Of a stretch of 64,000 nucleotides of DNA, positions 46,835-56,635 are shown one piece after another. The notes beneath the pieces are model-generated. The model did not search any database. It was not told the origin of the DNA and worked only from the letters and a program-made list of their open reading frames with translations. Source of the DNA: an uncultured Solirubrobacteraceae bacterium. GTDB lineage: Bacteria; Actinomycetota; Thermoleophilia; Solirubrobacterales; Solirubrobacteraceae. The position numbers and the translations under genes were made by a program. The stretch covers positions 403,507 through 467,506 of the forward strand of contig CAVUVE010000012.1 in assembly GCA_963744845.1 (NCBI GenBank), given 5' to 3'. Numbering within the stretch: position 1 is the stretch's first letter; the number at the start of each line of letters is the position of its first letter.

Positions 46835-47830
46835 TCACGCCGGAACGGCTGCCCGCGCGGCCGCCATGAACGTCTCGAGCTCGCGAGGGATGTCCGGGCC
46901 GCAGGGTTGGTAGACCAGCTCAGTCACGCCGCCGTCGGCGAGATCGCCGAGCCGGGCCGCGACCTGATCGGCGGTCCCGCTGACCGTCGCCTGTTCGAGC
47001 AGCACGTGGCCGCCCGCCTCCCATGCCGCCTGATCGGCCGGGTTGAGGCCCACACAATGCTGCTCGTGGACGGAGAGGTGGCGTTCGCGCGGCGTTGTTC
47101 GCTCGATCACCGCCTCCCATTCCGCCCCGCCGGGGAGCTCGGACAGCGGCGTCTCGAACTCGTAGGCCCCGTGATAAGCGAGGGCAATTCCGGGCCCAGC
47201 CGCGGCGCGCACGCGCTCAGAACGGGGATCCTCGCCATCGTCGAGCACCGTGCCCCAGAAGAGATAGGACACCGACGAAAACTCCTTGGCGAACTCGGGC
47301 AACGTCAGGGTGGCGAACAGCCCGTCGGCCAGCTCACGCGTGACCGCCGCCCCCTTGGGGCCGAGCGCACTGATGATGATCGGCACCTCAACCGGCCGCG
47401 GCGCGGCGTGACCGGGCGGATGCAGCATGCTCATGCGGGCGCCCTCCCACTCCACCGTCTCACCGCGGAGCAATCCTCGGTAAGCGCGGATGTAGTCCGC
47501 CATATAGGCCCATGGGATCGCGCGATAGCCCATCGCCCGGCGCCCCGTGAACCCGGTCCCGAAGGCGACCGCGACCCGGTCAGGCGCCAGCGCCACCAGG
47601 GCGGCGGTCGCAGCGGCGTTGACCATCGGGTTACGCAGGGTCGGCACCAGCACGCCCGGACCCAAGCCGATGCGCTCCGTGCGCTCAGCCGCCAGCGCGA
47701 GCATCATCCACACATCGGGACTCTGCTGCGGGGTGTCGTACAGCCACGCACGGTCATAGCCGAGCTCCTCGGCGAGCGCGACGTGGTCAGGAGAATCCAA
47801 CGTCGTCGGAGATGCGCAGGAAATCTTCAT
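46835..47830 (-). CDS. LLM-class (luciferase-like) flavin/F420-dependent oxidoreductase
   Basis: AEELGYDRAWLYDTP and GLGPGVLVPTLRNP patterns. It lies 10 nt upstream of the SMP-30 gene. Confidence 0.88.
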   Translation of the reverse strand: MKISCASPTTLDSPDHVALAEELGYDRAWLYDTPQQSPDVWMMLALAAERTERIGLGPGVLVPTLRNPMVNAAATAALVALAPDRVAVAFGTGFTGRRAMGYRAIPWAYMADYIRAYRGLLRGETVEWEGARMSMLHPPGHAAPRPVEVPIIISALGPKGAAVTRELADGLFATLTLPEFAKEFSSVSYLFWGTVLDDGEDPRSERVRAAAGPGIALAYHGAYEFETPLSELPGGAEWEAVIERTTPRERHLSVHEQHCVGLNPADQAAWEAGGHVLLEQATVSGTADQVAARLGDLADGGVTELVYQPCGPDIPRELETFMAAARAAVPA

Positions 47831-48014
47831 CGGCTCCCTCCCTCAGTGGGTTGTGATGCCTGCTCTCTTGATCAAGAGGGTGCCCCGGGTCCCTCCGACG
47901 TAACCACGCCTCGATCGCGTGACGGCGGACCGTCGGTTCCGCGCCAGACCGATGAATTTCCGATCGGCCGCCGGTCTCATGAGCATCGCAGTCGAGATCG
48001 AGGAGGTCGCAAAC

Positions 48015-49502
48015 GTGTCTGATAAGAACGCAACCATGATCCCGGCGACTGAGCACGACACCGACCGCTCCCGGTGGGTCGCGCTCGTTGTCCTGTGCGT
48101 CGGGATGCTGATGATCGTGCTCGACGTCACCGTCGTGAACGTCGCGCTGCCGAGTATCCAGAGTGATCTGGGCTTCGCCCAGGCAAGCCTCGCCTGGGTC
48201 ATCAACGCCTACCTGATCTCGTTCGGAGGCCTGCTCCTGCTCGCCGGCCGGCTCGGCGATCTGCTCGGGCGCCGCGATGTCTTCATGTCGGGCCTGGTGT
48301 TGTTCACGGCCGCGTCGCTGCTGTGCGGCTTCTCGGACAGCCAGGGCGTCCTCATCGCCGCGCGCTTCGTCCAGGGCGTCGGTGGCGCGATGACCTCGGC
48401 CGTGATCCTCGGCATGATCGTGACCATGTTCCCCGAGCCGCGCGAGCAGGCCCGGGCGCTCGGCGTCTACGCCTTCGTCGCTTCGGCCGGTGGCTCGATC
48501 GGCCTCCTCGCCGGCGGGGTGCTGACGCAGGCGATCAGCTGGCACTGGATCTTCTTCATCAACGTCCCGATCGGCGCGGTCACCGGCGCCCTTGCCCTGC
48601 GGGTGCTCCCGGCGGACCGCGGGATCGGCATCCGCGCCGGGGCGGACGCGGTCGGCGCGCTGCTGATCACCGGCGCGCTGATGCTCGGCGTCTACACCAT
48701 CGTCAAGCCGGCGGCCGAGGATGGCTGGGGCGCGACCACCACGCTGGTGCTCGGCGCCGTCGCGGTCGCGCTGCTGGTCGCGTTCCTGATCCGGGAGGCC
48801 ACCGCCAGGACTCCGTTGGTCCCGCTCTCGGTCTTCCGCTCGCGCAACGTCGCCGGCGCCAACGCAATCCAGGCCCTGCTCGTCGCGGGCATGTTCAGCG
48901 TCTTCTTCCTCGGCACGCTGTACCTGCGTGAGGTGCTTGGCTACGACGCCCTGGAGATCGGATTCGCGTTCCTGCCGACGACGCTCGTCATGGGGACGCT
49001 GTCGCTGCGCTACTCCGAGCGGTTGATGACCCGCTTCGGCCCCCGGACCACGCTCATCCCGGGTCTCGTGCTGATCGCGGCCGGGCTGGGCCTGTTCGCC
49101 CGCGTCCCGGTCGACGGCCACTACGTGACCGACGTGCTCCCGGCCGGCCTGCTGATGGGCACCGGCGTCGGAGTCTCGATGGCCGCCCTGATGACGCTCG
49201 CCATGTCCGGGGTCGCGCCCGATGAGGCGGGACTCGCGTCCGGGCTGGTCAATACGACCGCCCAGGTCGGCGGAGCGCTCGGCCTCGCGGTGCTGGCAAC
49301 GCTATCGAGCACGCGCACCCACGATGCGCTCACCTCGGGCGCCAGCGCGCACGCCGCGCTGACCTCCGGCTACCACCTCGGGTTCGTCGTCGGCGCGCTC
49401 CTGGTCGTCGCCGCGATCGTCCTCGCGGTCGTCGTGCTCGAGCGGGCGCCCAAGCCGACCGCTCACTCGCTCGACGCCACCCCCGCCTACTCGGAGCACT
49501 GA
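48015..49502 (+). CDS. MFS transporter, DHA2 (EmrB/QacA, 14-TM) family
   Basis: LDVTVVNVALPSIQSDLGF, GRLGDLLGRR and FVQGVGGA motifs. The start is GTG 48015 or ATG 48036. Confidence 0.88.
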   Translation: MSDKNATMIPATEHDTDRSRWVALVVLCVGMLMIVLDVTVVNVALPSIQSDLGFAQASLAWVINAYLISFGGLLLLAGRLGDLLGRRDVFMSGLVLFTAASLLCGFSDSQGVLIAARFVQGVGGAMTSAVILGMIVTMFPEPREQARALGVYAFVASAGGSIGLLAGGVLTQAISWHWIFFINVPIGAVTGALALRVLPADRGIGIRAGADAVGALLITGALMLGVYTIVKPAAEDGWGATTTLVLGAVAVALLVAFLIREATARTPLVPLSVFRSRNVAGANAIQALLVAGMFSVFFLGTLYLREVLGYDALEIGFAFLPTTLVMGTLSLRYSERLMTRFGPRTTLIPGLVLIAAGLGLFARVPVDGHYVTDVLPAGLLMGTGVGVSMAALMTLAMSGVAPDEAGLASGLVNTTAQVGGALGLAVLATLSSTRTHDALTSGASAHAALTSGYHLGFVVGALLVVAAIVLAVVVLERAPKPTAHSLDATPAYSEH

Positions 49503-49518
49503 GGGATTTCCGTACATG

Positions 49519-49562
49519 CCCCCGGCAGGACTCGAACCTGCGACCCACGGCTTAGAAGGCCG
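49519..49562 (-). repeat. partial tRNA-Arg(TCT) copy (positions 28-71), putative distal att repeat
   Basis: 44/44 nt identical to 61996-62039, in the same orientation. It begins 17 nt after the MFS stop codon. Confidence 0.85.
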
Positions 49563-49579
49563 CGGCGCAGCGTCTGACG

Positions 49580-49720
49580 TCAATAGGCACGTATCTCTGC
49601 AGCCAGCCCTCGTGCCGAATCGTGGTCGGCGCTCGAGAGCGGGAGGGTCTCGCCGCTCCAAGCCAGCTGGCGGGCGATGACCGATCCGATCCCTCCAGTG
49701 CCGATGATCGCCGTGGTCAT
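49580..49720 (-). pseudogene. N-terminal fragment of an NAD(P)-binding (Rossmann) oxidoreductase
   Basis: MTTAIIGTGGIGSVIARQLA... terminates after 46 codons, 18 nt from the att-like repeat. Confidence 0.5.
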
Positions 49721-49777
49721 GACCGGGACCTCGCTATGTGGACCGTGCCCATGCGGTCGGAACGAATGGCCTCGGAG

Positions 49778-49988
49778 CTGGCGACCATCGATGTGATGCT
49801 TCCGTCGGTGATCGCGGCATTCACCTGGACTCCTCGGCGGGCGTACTCGATGGCCAGTGAGCGGGCGTCCAGTCGCCATCTGGGTCGGTGGTTTGTCCCA
49901 CTTCGATCAAATGACCGTCGGGATCGCGGATGTAGCAACGGATCTCGTACTGGTGCTGTTTCGGCGGCGTCAGGAAATCCGCACCCCG
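49778..49988. repeat. copy A of a 211-bp direct repeat (partner 56636-56847)
   Basis: Hand alignment shows about 5 mismatches and 1 single-base indel over about 211 nt. Confidence 0.85.
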
Positions 49989-50282
49989 GGCGCTCCATTC
50001 GGCGTACACGGCCTCGATGTCCTTGACCCGGATATTGAGGAAGCTGCTGACCCGGTCGGGATCGCGTGGTGTCTCCAGGGTGACCGACGGCTTGTCGTCG
50101 GTCGGTCCACCGCCACCATTGATGATGATCCAGCTGTTGGAGAGCGCGACATAGGTCAGCCCCCCGGGGCCGGAGAACGCCAGCCTGCCGCCGAGGACTT
50201 CGGTGTAAAAGCGCCGAGAGCGCTCGACATCGCCCGAGACGATGAAGTGGGCCAAGACAAGCTCCTGATCGATGTTGTTCAT
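49821..50282 (-). CDS. VOC family (glyoxalase/bleomycin-resistance fold) protein
   Basis: ATG at 50282 preceded by GGAGG. HFIVSGDVERSRRFYTEVLGG ... IRDPDGHLIEVGQ. About 20 C-terminal codons read into the repeat or SDR-remnant sequence. Confidence 0.8.
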   Translation of the reverse strand: MNNIDQELVLAHFIVSGDVERSRRFYTEVLGGRLAFSGPGGLTYVALSNSWIIINGGGGPTDDKPSVTLETPRDPDRVSSFLNIRVKDIEAVYAEWSARGADFLTPPKQHQYEIRCYIRDPDGHLIEVGQTTDPDGDWTPAHWPSSTPAEESR

Positions 50283-50427
50283 CTGACCTCCGTGGTTGGA
50301 ACGGCCTCGATAGTCCTGCCTCATGCCACGCATCCCTGTGTGCGCCGGGTGCGGTGCCGGTCGTTGCTCACGTTGGCGCCGGACTTGGGTGGTACCTGGC
50401 GGCGGGGCCATGGGCCGTCGATCCGGG

Positions 50428-52203
50428 TCACAGATCGAGCACGACGCCGGCGCGGGGCTGTGAGCAGCAGATGAGAGCGCTTCCATCTGGTGGGGGTTCG
50501 ACAGGGTCGGGGCTGTATTTGACGTCGCCGGCGATGAGGGTGGTCTCGCACGTGTGACAGACGCCGGTCCGGCACGCCCAGCGGACGGCAACGTCGCATG
50601 CTTCGGCGAGTTCGAGCAGGCTGCCATAGCCGCTGTCCCATGGGATCGCGAGGTCGCTGCGCGCGAACTCGATCGTGGGACCGTCTCCGGGTGTGCCGGC
50701 GGGTGGGTGGGGCGCCCTGGCGGGTGTTGCTGGGATGCCCGGGGTCACACCCGGTGCGGGGCCGAATGGTTCGGTGTGGATGTGGGCGGCATCGATTCGC
50801 AGCGCCGCCAGAGCGGCACTCATCCCGTCCATGAAAGGCGCGGGCCCGCACAGGTATGCCTGGCCATCGCGCGGTAGCTCAAGTTCGGCAAGCTGTGATC
50901 CGGTGAGACGGCCTGTGGCGTCGAAGTCGCGGCCTTCGACGTCCTCGGGACCTGGACGGCTGTAGTACACGTGGGTGCGTGCGTTGGGGAGCGAGGTGAG
51001 AAGTGCCCGGGCCTCGGCGGCAAACGAGTGGTCGCGGCTACTGCGCGCGGAATGCAGCGCCCAGATCTCACGATCGGAATGCTCCTCCGCTAGCGCGTGA
51101 AGCATGGCGAGGACTGGCGTGGTGCCGATCCCGGCGCTGATCAGGAGCACGGGTGCATCCGTCCGGTCGAGGATGAAGGTGCCGCGCGGGGCGGCGATGT
51201 CCAGTTGGTCGCCGACGGCGACCCGGGTGTGCAGGTAGCCGCTGGCGGCACCGTCGGGTTCGCGCTTGACGGCGATCCGGTAGTAGCCGGCGCCGGGGGG
51301 TCCGCAGAGGGAGTAGTTGCGGAGCACCGACCTGCGCTGCGCGTCGGGCTGGACCCGAAGCGTGAGGTACTGGCCCGGGCGGGCGGCTGCGAGTGTCGCG
51401 CCCGTGGGATCCTCGAGGCGTATGGAGATCACCGATTCGCTCTCCCGGGTGATGGCGGTGACGGTCAGCTGACGGAAGCCCGGCCACGCCGGCGGCGGGC
51501 TAGCGACCGTGAGACCGGCGTTGCCGCTGCCGGGTTCGTTCTCGAGCAATGCTCGGAACGAGGATTGCCACCCGGGACTGAGGGCAGGGATCCGGAGCGC
51601 GCGCAGGAGCTGCTGGCGCGGGTGCCCCGGGAGATACAGCAGCGCATCGACCTCCGCGACCCGCATCTGTTCAGGACCCGAGGCGAGCTTGATGATCTCG
51701 TCCCCCGCTTGTACGTCGCCTTCTCCAAGCACGCGGAAATAGAACCCGGGGCGATGGTGCGAGACGAGCATCGCGGGGATGCGCGGGTCGTTCATGCGGA
51801 TCCCGACGCGGTAGCAGGTGACCCGGGGTTGTGTGACCTCGAAGACGGCGTCGCCGATCTGGTAGCGATCGCCGACGCACACCTCGTCATCGGCGAGTCC
51901 TTCCACGGTGAAGTTCTCGCCGAACTGGCCGTACGTGAAGTCGGTTCGTCCGAGCTCGCGCTCCCAGTACCGATAGGAGTCGATCTGGTAGACGAACACT
52001 GCGCGCTGCTCCCCGCCGTGTCCGGCGAGATCGCCCTGCCCATCACCCTCTACGTTGACCTTTCGAACGCGGCGCGGGCCGACCACGGGATCCTTGAAGA
52101 CGCCGGTGAAAACCGTCTTTCCTCGCCAATCCACGTTCTTCGGCATGCCGACGTTGACCGACAGCAGCCGCCCGACGATCTCACGAGATTCGCTGTCGGG
52201 CAT
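50428..52203 (-). CDS. MOSC domain - FAD/NAD ferredoxin reductase - 2Fe-2S ferredoxin fusion (YcbX-like)
   Basis: N-terminal MOSC (VNVGMPKNV...GHGGEQRAVFVY...GENFTVEGL), a RNYSL flavin motif, GIGTTP, and a C-terminal CRTGVCHTCET cluster. Confidence 0.88.
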   Translation of the reverse strand: MPDSESREIVGRLLSVNVGMPKNVDWRGKTVFTGVFKDPVVGPRRVRKVNVEGDGQGDLAGHGGEQRAVFVYQIDSYRYWERELGRTDFTYGQFGENFTVEGLADDEVCVGDRYQIGDAVFEVTQPRVTCYRVGIRMNDPRIPAMLVSHHRPGFYFRVLGEGDVQAGDEIIKLASGPEQMRVAEVDALLYLPGHPRQQLLRALRIPALSPGWQSSFRALLENEPGSGNAGLTVASPPPAWPGFRQLTVTAITRESESVISIRLEDPTGATLAAARPGQYLTLRVQPDAQRRSVLRNYSLCGPPGAGYYRIAVKREPDGAASGYLHTRVAVGDQLDIAAPRGTFILDRTDAPVLLISAGIGTTPVLAMLHALAEEHSDREIWALHSARSSRDHSFAAEARALLTSLPNARTHVYYSRPGPEDVEGRDFDATGRLTGSQLAELELPRDGQAYLCGPAPFMDGMSAALAALRIDAAHIHTEPFGPAPGVTPGIPATPARAPHPPAGTPGDGPTIEFARSDLAIPWDSGYGSLLELAEACDVAVRWACRTGVCHTCETTLIAGDVKYSPDPVEPPPDGSALICCSQPRAGVVLDL

Positions 52204-52209
52204 CGAACG

Positions 52210-52533
52210 TTAATGCGGAGCCGCTCGGCCCGATTCGTGCTTCCGTTGGTGCTCGGACTCGTGGGCGTCAAGCGTGAGCAGAGGCCCAGGCTGGCCCGCA
52301 CGGGCCGCGATCGCCTCGGAGATGACGGTGTAGACGCGATCCTCCGGGTGTACGTGCGGCATCAGCTTGACCCCGGAGGGCACCTTGACCCTGATCACGT
52401 AGGGCCCCGGCTCGGTCGGTTCACCCACCACAACGGCGAGGCGCGCAGACGACGGGAACGCCGGAAACGGCTCCCACTCGATCTCCTCCGGCAGCACTCC
52501 CCGGAACTCGCTCTCATCGACCTGATGCCTCAT
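52210..52533 (-). CDS. cupin-like protein, possibly C-terminally degenerate
   Basis: The first cupin motif (KLMPHVHPEDRVYTVIS) is present, but I cannot find the second motif. Confidence 0.5.
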   Translation of the reverse strand: MRHQVDESEFRGVLPEEIEWEPFPAFPSSARLAVVVGEPTEPGPYVIRVKVPSGVKLMPHVHPEDRVYTVISEAIAARAGQPGPLLTLDAHESEHQRKHESGRAAPH

Positions 52534-52536
52534 TGG

Positions 52537-53568
52537 TCAGCCTCCCGGCTCAGACGTCGATGTCGCCGGCACCATCGAGAGGAGTTCGCCCACGATTTCT
52601 GCCGCGGGCTGCGACCGTCTCGCGAGCGCGACGCTCTGGCCGGCCCACAGCGATAGCGGCTCGATCTCACCGGTCGTGCCAGCCATCGGGGGCGCGGGTT
52701 CATATCGAACGATCGCTTCGCCCGAAGGGAAATGCGCGAGCACTTCGCCCTCTCGCGGGCGACTACCCAGTGCCGGCCGGCCCGCGGCCTCCCACATCTC
52801 GGCCGTCGAGTTGTGGATGGCGCGGTGCGAAGCGTCCACCGGCCATCCCTCCGCATATAGGTTGGGGTACCACTCGGCATCGGTCTCGGTCGCGGCTATC
52901 AGGCGGCGGCGATACTCCTCGTGGATCGGCATTTCATCGGCCAACAGGAACCGTGTGCCGAGCATCGCGCCCTGCGCGCCGAGCGCGAACACGGCCGCAA
53001 CTCCTCGGGCGTCGCCAATCCCTCCGGCCGCGATGACCGGCACGGGCGCCACCGCGTCGACCACCGCCGGCACCAGCGGCAGCGTTGCAACTCCACTCCA
53101 GACGTGTCCCCCGGCTTCCCACCCCTGCGCGATGACGATGTCTACTCCACATCCGACCGCACGCCGGGCTTCCTCGACGCTGCCGACCGTGTGCATGACC
53201 AGCCCGCCGGCGTCATGCACCAGGCCGACGTAGCCGCTCGGATCGCCCCAGAAGAGCGACACGATCCGTAGACCTGCCGACAGTGCCTGATCGACTCGAT
53301 GGTGCTGATCCCAGGCGAGAACGAAGTTGCCGGCAAAGGGCCGGTCGGTGAGGGCGGCCGTTTCCCGGACCACCTCTCCGGCGTCATCAGCCCACCCGAG
53401 CCCCAGGGTGCCGAGGCCGCCGGCGTTCGAAACCGCGGCGGGCAGGCGGGGATCTGCAGCCACCGGCGCCTCGACGATCGGGAGCTCGATCCCCAGCAGC
53501 TCGCACAGCGGTGTTCGCTTGCGATCGGTCACGTCAATCTCCGGCCGGGCGAGGACGGCATTCAACAC
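52537..53568 (-). CDS. nitronate monooxygenase (NMO / 2-nitropropane dioxygenase family)
   Basis: LGIELPIVEAPV, VIAQGWEAGGH and VIAAGGIGDARG motifs. Confidence 0.9.
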   Translation of the reverse strand: MLNAVLARPEIDVTDRKRTPLCELLGIELPIVEAPVAADPRLPAAVSNAGGLGTLGLGWADDAGEVVRETAALTDRPFAGNFVLAWDQHHRVDQALSAGLRIVSLFWGDPSGYVGLVHDAGGLVMHTVGSVEEARRAVGCGVDIVIAQGWEAGGHVWSGVATLPLVPAVVDAVAPVPVIAAGGIGDARGVAAVFALGAQGAMLGTRFLLADEMPIHEEYRRRLIAATETDAEWYPNLYAEGWPVDASHRAIHNSTAEMWEAAGRPALGSRPREGEVLAHFPSGEAIVRYEPAPPMAGTTGEIEPLSLWAGQSVALARRSQPAAEIVGELLSMVPATSTSEPGG

Positions 53569-53584
53569 CCATGGGGGCCTCCAT

Positions 53585-54187
53585 TCAGTATGCGTCCGGT
53601 CGCTCTGCGGTTCGGACGAGCTGCTTGTTCCAACCGTGGAAGGGCGAGAGGTCGCCCGCTTCCCATCGTTCGCGCAGGCCGGGGGCTGCCAGGTCCCAGT
53701 CGGGGCGGATCTCGCTCGACACGTCGCGCAGGTCGTGCCAGAGGTCTACGAAGGAGGGTCGGCCCCAGAACCAGTAGCCGTTGTAGATGCTGTAGATGAC
53801 GAGCCCAGGCTTGAGCACGAGCGTGTGCGGGATCATCGGGTCGTGCTCAGTGTCGGTGTACTCCTGGATGTCGAGGTCCTTCTGGACGATCCGATCCGGA
53901 TCCTCCAGGAACGGCCACTGGGCGCCGACCGACGCGCGGAACTCCTGGCTTGAGTGGTGGGTGTCGGTCGATATCGTGGCGACCTTGGTGTAGGACACAG
54001 CGATCTTCGGGTAGTTCGCGGCGAGTTCGAGGTGCTGTTGGTGCTCTTTTGGGCAATAGTTGCCGCGCGCAAGTGTCAGGATCAGCGGATCCTCGCCCTG
54101 GATCTCGCTGAGTGGGCGAGTGACGCGATCCTGGTCGGGCAGCTCGTAATCGGGAAAGGTGCCGCCGGGGGTGATGTCAGAGCGCAT
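53585..54187 (-). CDS. redoxin/peroxiredoxin-like thioredoxin-fold protein
   Basis: FPDYELPD...LILTLARGNYCPKEH pattern (single Cys in a CP motif). Confidence 0.75.
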   Translation of the reverse strand: MRSDITPGGTFPDYELPDQDRVTRPLSEIQGEDPLILTLARGNYCPKEHQQHLELAANYPKIAVSYTKVATISTDTHHSSQEFRASVGAQWPFLEDPDRIVQKDLDIQEYTDTEHDPMIPHTLVLKPGLVIYSIYNGYWFWGRPSFVDLWHDLRDVSSEIRPDWDLAAPGLRERWEAGDLSPFHGWNKQLVRTAERPDAY

Positions 54188-54225
54188 GGCTCACGTCCTT
54201 CCGGACAGGTGAGGGTTGATTGGTG

Positions 54226-54936
54226 CTACCGGCCAGCCGCCTGGCCGCCGTCAACATGCAGCGTCTCGCCGGTTACGAATGTTGCTCGCTCGAGGTAGAG
54301 GATCGCGTCGACGACGTCGCTGACTTCGCCGATGCGCCTTAGCGGGTGGAGGGCCTCGAGCCCGTCGTAGGACGCGGGGTCGTGGTCGGGTGTCTTGATG
54401 ACCCCGAGCGAGACCGTGTTGACTCGGACACCGCGCGAGGCGAATTCGATTGCAAGCGAACGGCCGGCCGCGACAAGTCCTCCCTTGGTAACGGCAGGTA
54501 GCGCAGACGGCCGCGTGCTGTCCGCGTTATCGACCAGGCTCGTGGAGACATTCACGACGTGCCCGCTGCCGCGCTCGACCATCTCCGCGATCGCCAGCTG
54601 GGTGATGCGGAAGAAGCCGGTGAGGTTCACAGCCGTGATCGCCTCGTACTCATCGAACGTGTACTCCGTGAACGGCTTGCCGATGTAGATGCCGGCGTTA
54701 TTGATCAGCGTGTCGATCCGCCCAAAGTGGTCGCGAGCCTCGTCGACCGCGCGCCGTGCGGTTTGCGCATCTGCGATGTCGCCAGCGAGCGGGAGGTAAT
54801 CGCTTTCGGCTCGATCGGCTGGCGGGAACGACAGCGCGACGCCGACGACCGCATAACCAGCACTGCGGTATCCGGCGACCAGCCCGGCGCCAATGCCCTG
54901 GGAAGCGCCCGTAATGATCGCGACCGGCGGACTCAT
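54226..54936 (-). CDS. SDR-family oxidoreductase
   Basis: ATG at 54936. TGASQGIGAGL, NNAG and VNTVSLG motifs, and a C-terminal TGETLHVDGGQAAG. Confidence 0.9.
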   Translation of the reverse strand: MSPPVAIITGASQGIGAGLVAGYRSAGYAVVGVALSFPPADRAESDYLPLAGDIADAQTARRAVDEARDHFGRIDTLINNAGIYIGKPFTEYTFDEYEAITAVNLTGFFRITQLAIAEMVERGSGHVVNVSTSLVDNADSTRPSALPAVTKGGLVAAGRSLAIEFASRGVRVNTVSLGVIKTPDHDPASYDGLEALHPLRRIGEVSDVVDAILYLERATFVTGETLHVDGGQAAGR

Positions 54937-55004
54937 CGCACCACGTAAATCTCGTACACCCCGATCGCGCTCATCGCGCCCCTGCACCGACCTTGCGCCG
55001 AGCC

Positions 55005-55160
55005 GCCGCGATCTGGAGCCGGAGCGCCTTGAGCGCCGCAGCGTGCGTGGATCTCCGAGAAGCTCCCGAAGGGCTGGATCGTGTCGCGCAGCACCTCGAG
55101 CGGGACGCGGGCGCGGATGACGATCACCTCGAGAGCCATGCCGAAGCCGGCGACGGTCGC
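55005..55160 (-). pseudogene. C-terminal (dimerisation-domain) remnant of a pyridine nucleotide-disulfide oxidoreductase
   Basis: IRARVPLEVLRDTIQPFGSFSEI parallels [23 protein letters not shown] of the intact gene at 57702-59072. The nucleotide alignment shows an indel or frameshift. Confidence 0.6.
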
Positions 55161-55506
55161 AGCCCGCCCGCGTCGCCGCTGCTGACCTGGGTTACGCTCA
55201 TGCCGACCTCCATTGGACGCGGGTGGGTCAGTAACGATCCCACCATCGAAGGCGTGTGGCAAACAAATCCGGAAGTCGCCGAGGCGACGCGTGGACCACG
55301 AGCGGGTCTACGAGGATCCCAGCCAATTACTGCGTCGAATCACACCGTTTCCCCAGCAGCTACCAGATCTCGGGTCGATCCCGTCCGGATGCGACACCGA
55401 GCAGATCCAGGAGAGCTTGGCGCTCGAACTGCTCGCCGCTCGCCTGCTTTCTTGTGCGCGAGCAGAAGCGGTCTTCGTCACGGGAGCCCTCGTACGCGCG
55501 TCCCAC

Positions 55507-55640
55507 GAGGGCATGGCCGGCCCGGTCGGCCGGGTAGGACAGGTCAGCGACATCGTCGACGCGATCCTCTCCCTCGAACGCGCCACATTCGGCACGGGCG
55601 AGACCCTGTACTCGACGGCGGCCAAGCCGCCGGACACTGA
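55507..55640 (+). pseudogene. inverted C-terminal remnant of the SDR gene
   Basis: RVGQVSDIVDAILSLERATFGTGETLY parallels RIGEVSDVVDAILYLERATFVTGETLH of 54226-54936. A 1-nt frameshift precedes the DGGQAAGH-stop. Confidence 0.6.
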
Positions 55641-55659
55641 CGCACTGAGCTCGGACGGT

Positions 55660-56490
55660 CTAGCTACGGGGACCAAGCGGGGGGTCGGCATCATCGTAGA
55701 TCCGGACCGCCGCAAGCTTGCCGCTCTGACCCCGAACGTAGACAGCGACCCCGGCCTCCGGCGGCAGCTCCGTCTTTCCCCACCGCACGATGTTGTACTC
55801 CAGCGCGCACGCGCGCCTGTCGTCGATGAGCGCGCAACGTTCCAGCGGGATGCCCCCGGCGTTCGAGAACATCAGCTGATAAAAGGAGCGCAGGCCGTCT
55901 GGGCCCGTGTGGAGGTACTCGTGGCCCGCAGGCTCGCGGGCGTAGCCGTCCGGTTCGAAGGCCGCCACGATCGCGTCGACATCGCCGGCGGCGAGCGCCG
56001 CCTGGTATTCGGAGACGATGTCTGGGGCGCGGAGCTCTGGATCGGGCTGTAGTAGCGGCGGCCGATTCGCGTGGCGGCGGGTCAGTGCCCAGATGCTGAA
56101 GTAGATACGCAGCTCGTCGATGTGGCCGTCGTCCTCGCGGTCGGCGACGATCGCGACCGGAAGCTCGACCCGCCCCGGCTCACCGCCGAGGTGCAGGATC
56201 ACCTCCTCAAAGCCGTGTCGCTTGGTAACGACATGCGCGACGTTCTCGACCGTGATGTCGCGGCGAGCTATCCAGGAGTTCATCTCTGTGACGAACGCCT
56301 CGAACGCGCGCGTGCCCTTGACGCGTCCTCGCACGGGATCGTGCAGTTCGGGCTCGGCGGCGAACGACCCGACCAGCGCATCCGGCTCCCCGGCCATCAA
56401 GCCGTCGAAATACGGGACCGCCTCAAGCTCATCCCGTCGCTTCTTGTCATAGAACCGCGCGAGCGCCGGACCGGAGAAAAGCTCTGGCAT
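55660..56490 (-). CDS. tandem NTF2/SnoaL-like domain protein
   Basis: Two ketosteroid-isomerase-like halves (ALVGSFAAEPELHDPVRGRVKG... and AALAAGDVDAIVAAFEPDGYAREP...). I chose the ATG at 56490. Confidence 0.75.
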   Translation of the reverse strand: MPELFSGPALARFYDKKRRDELEAVPYFDGLMAGEPDALVGSFAAEPELHDPVRGRVKGTRAFEAFVTEMNSWIARRDITVENVAHVVTKRHGFEEVILHLGGEPGRVELPVAIVADREDDGHIDELRIYFSIWALTRRHANRPPLLQPDPELRAPDIVSEYQAALAAGDVDAIVAAFEPDGYAREPAGHEYLHTGPDGLRSFYQLMFSNAGGIPLERCALIDDRRACALEYNIVRWGKTELPPEAGVAVYVRGQSGKLAAVRIYDDADPPLGPRS

Positions 56491-56635
56491 GAACGGCACC
56501 CGACAAGCGTCCCACATCCCACCTCGCGTGGGATTAATTCAGCGCCCCGATAGCGCCAACCCTGCGAGGCGAGCCGACCGATGTGATGAGCGTCTCTTTC
56601 GTGGCCCTGTCGGAAGGGATCTCAGTGTCCGAAGA

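Noticed and set aside
47787-49121. A 444-aa minus-strand ORF opposite the MFS transporter.
   Set aside because: The plus-strand frame has unmistakable DHA2 MFS motifs and TM periodicity. The minus frame is charged low-complexity sequence.
51097-52656. A 519-aa plus-strand ORF over the MOSC fusion and cupin genes.
   Set aside because: It is antisense to motif-supported genes and has no recognisable features.
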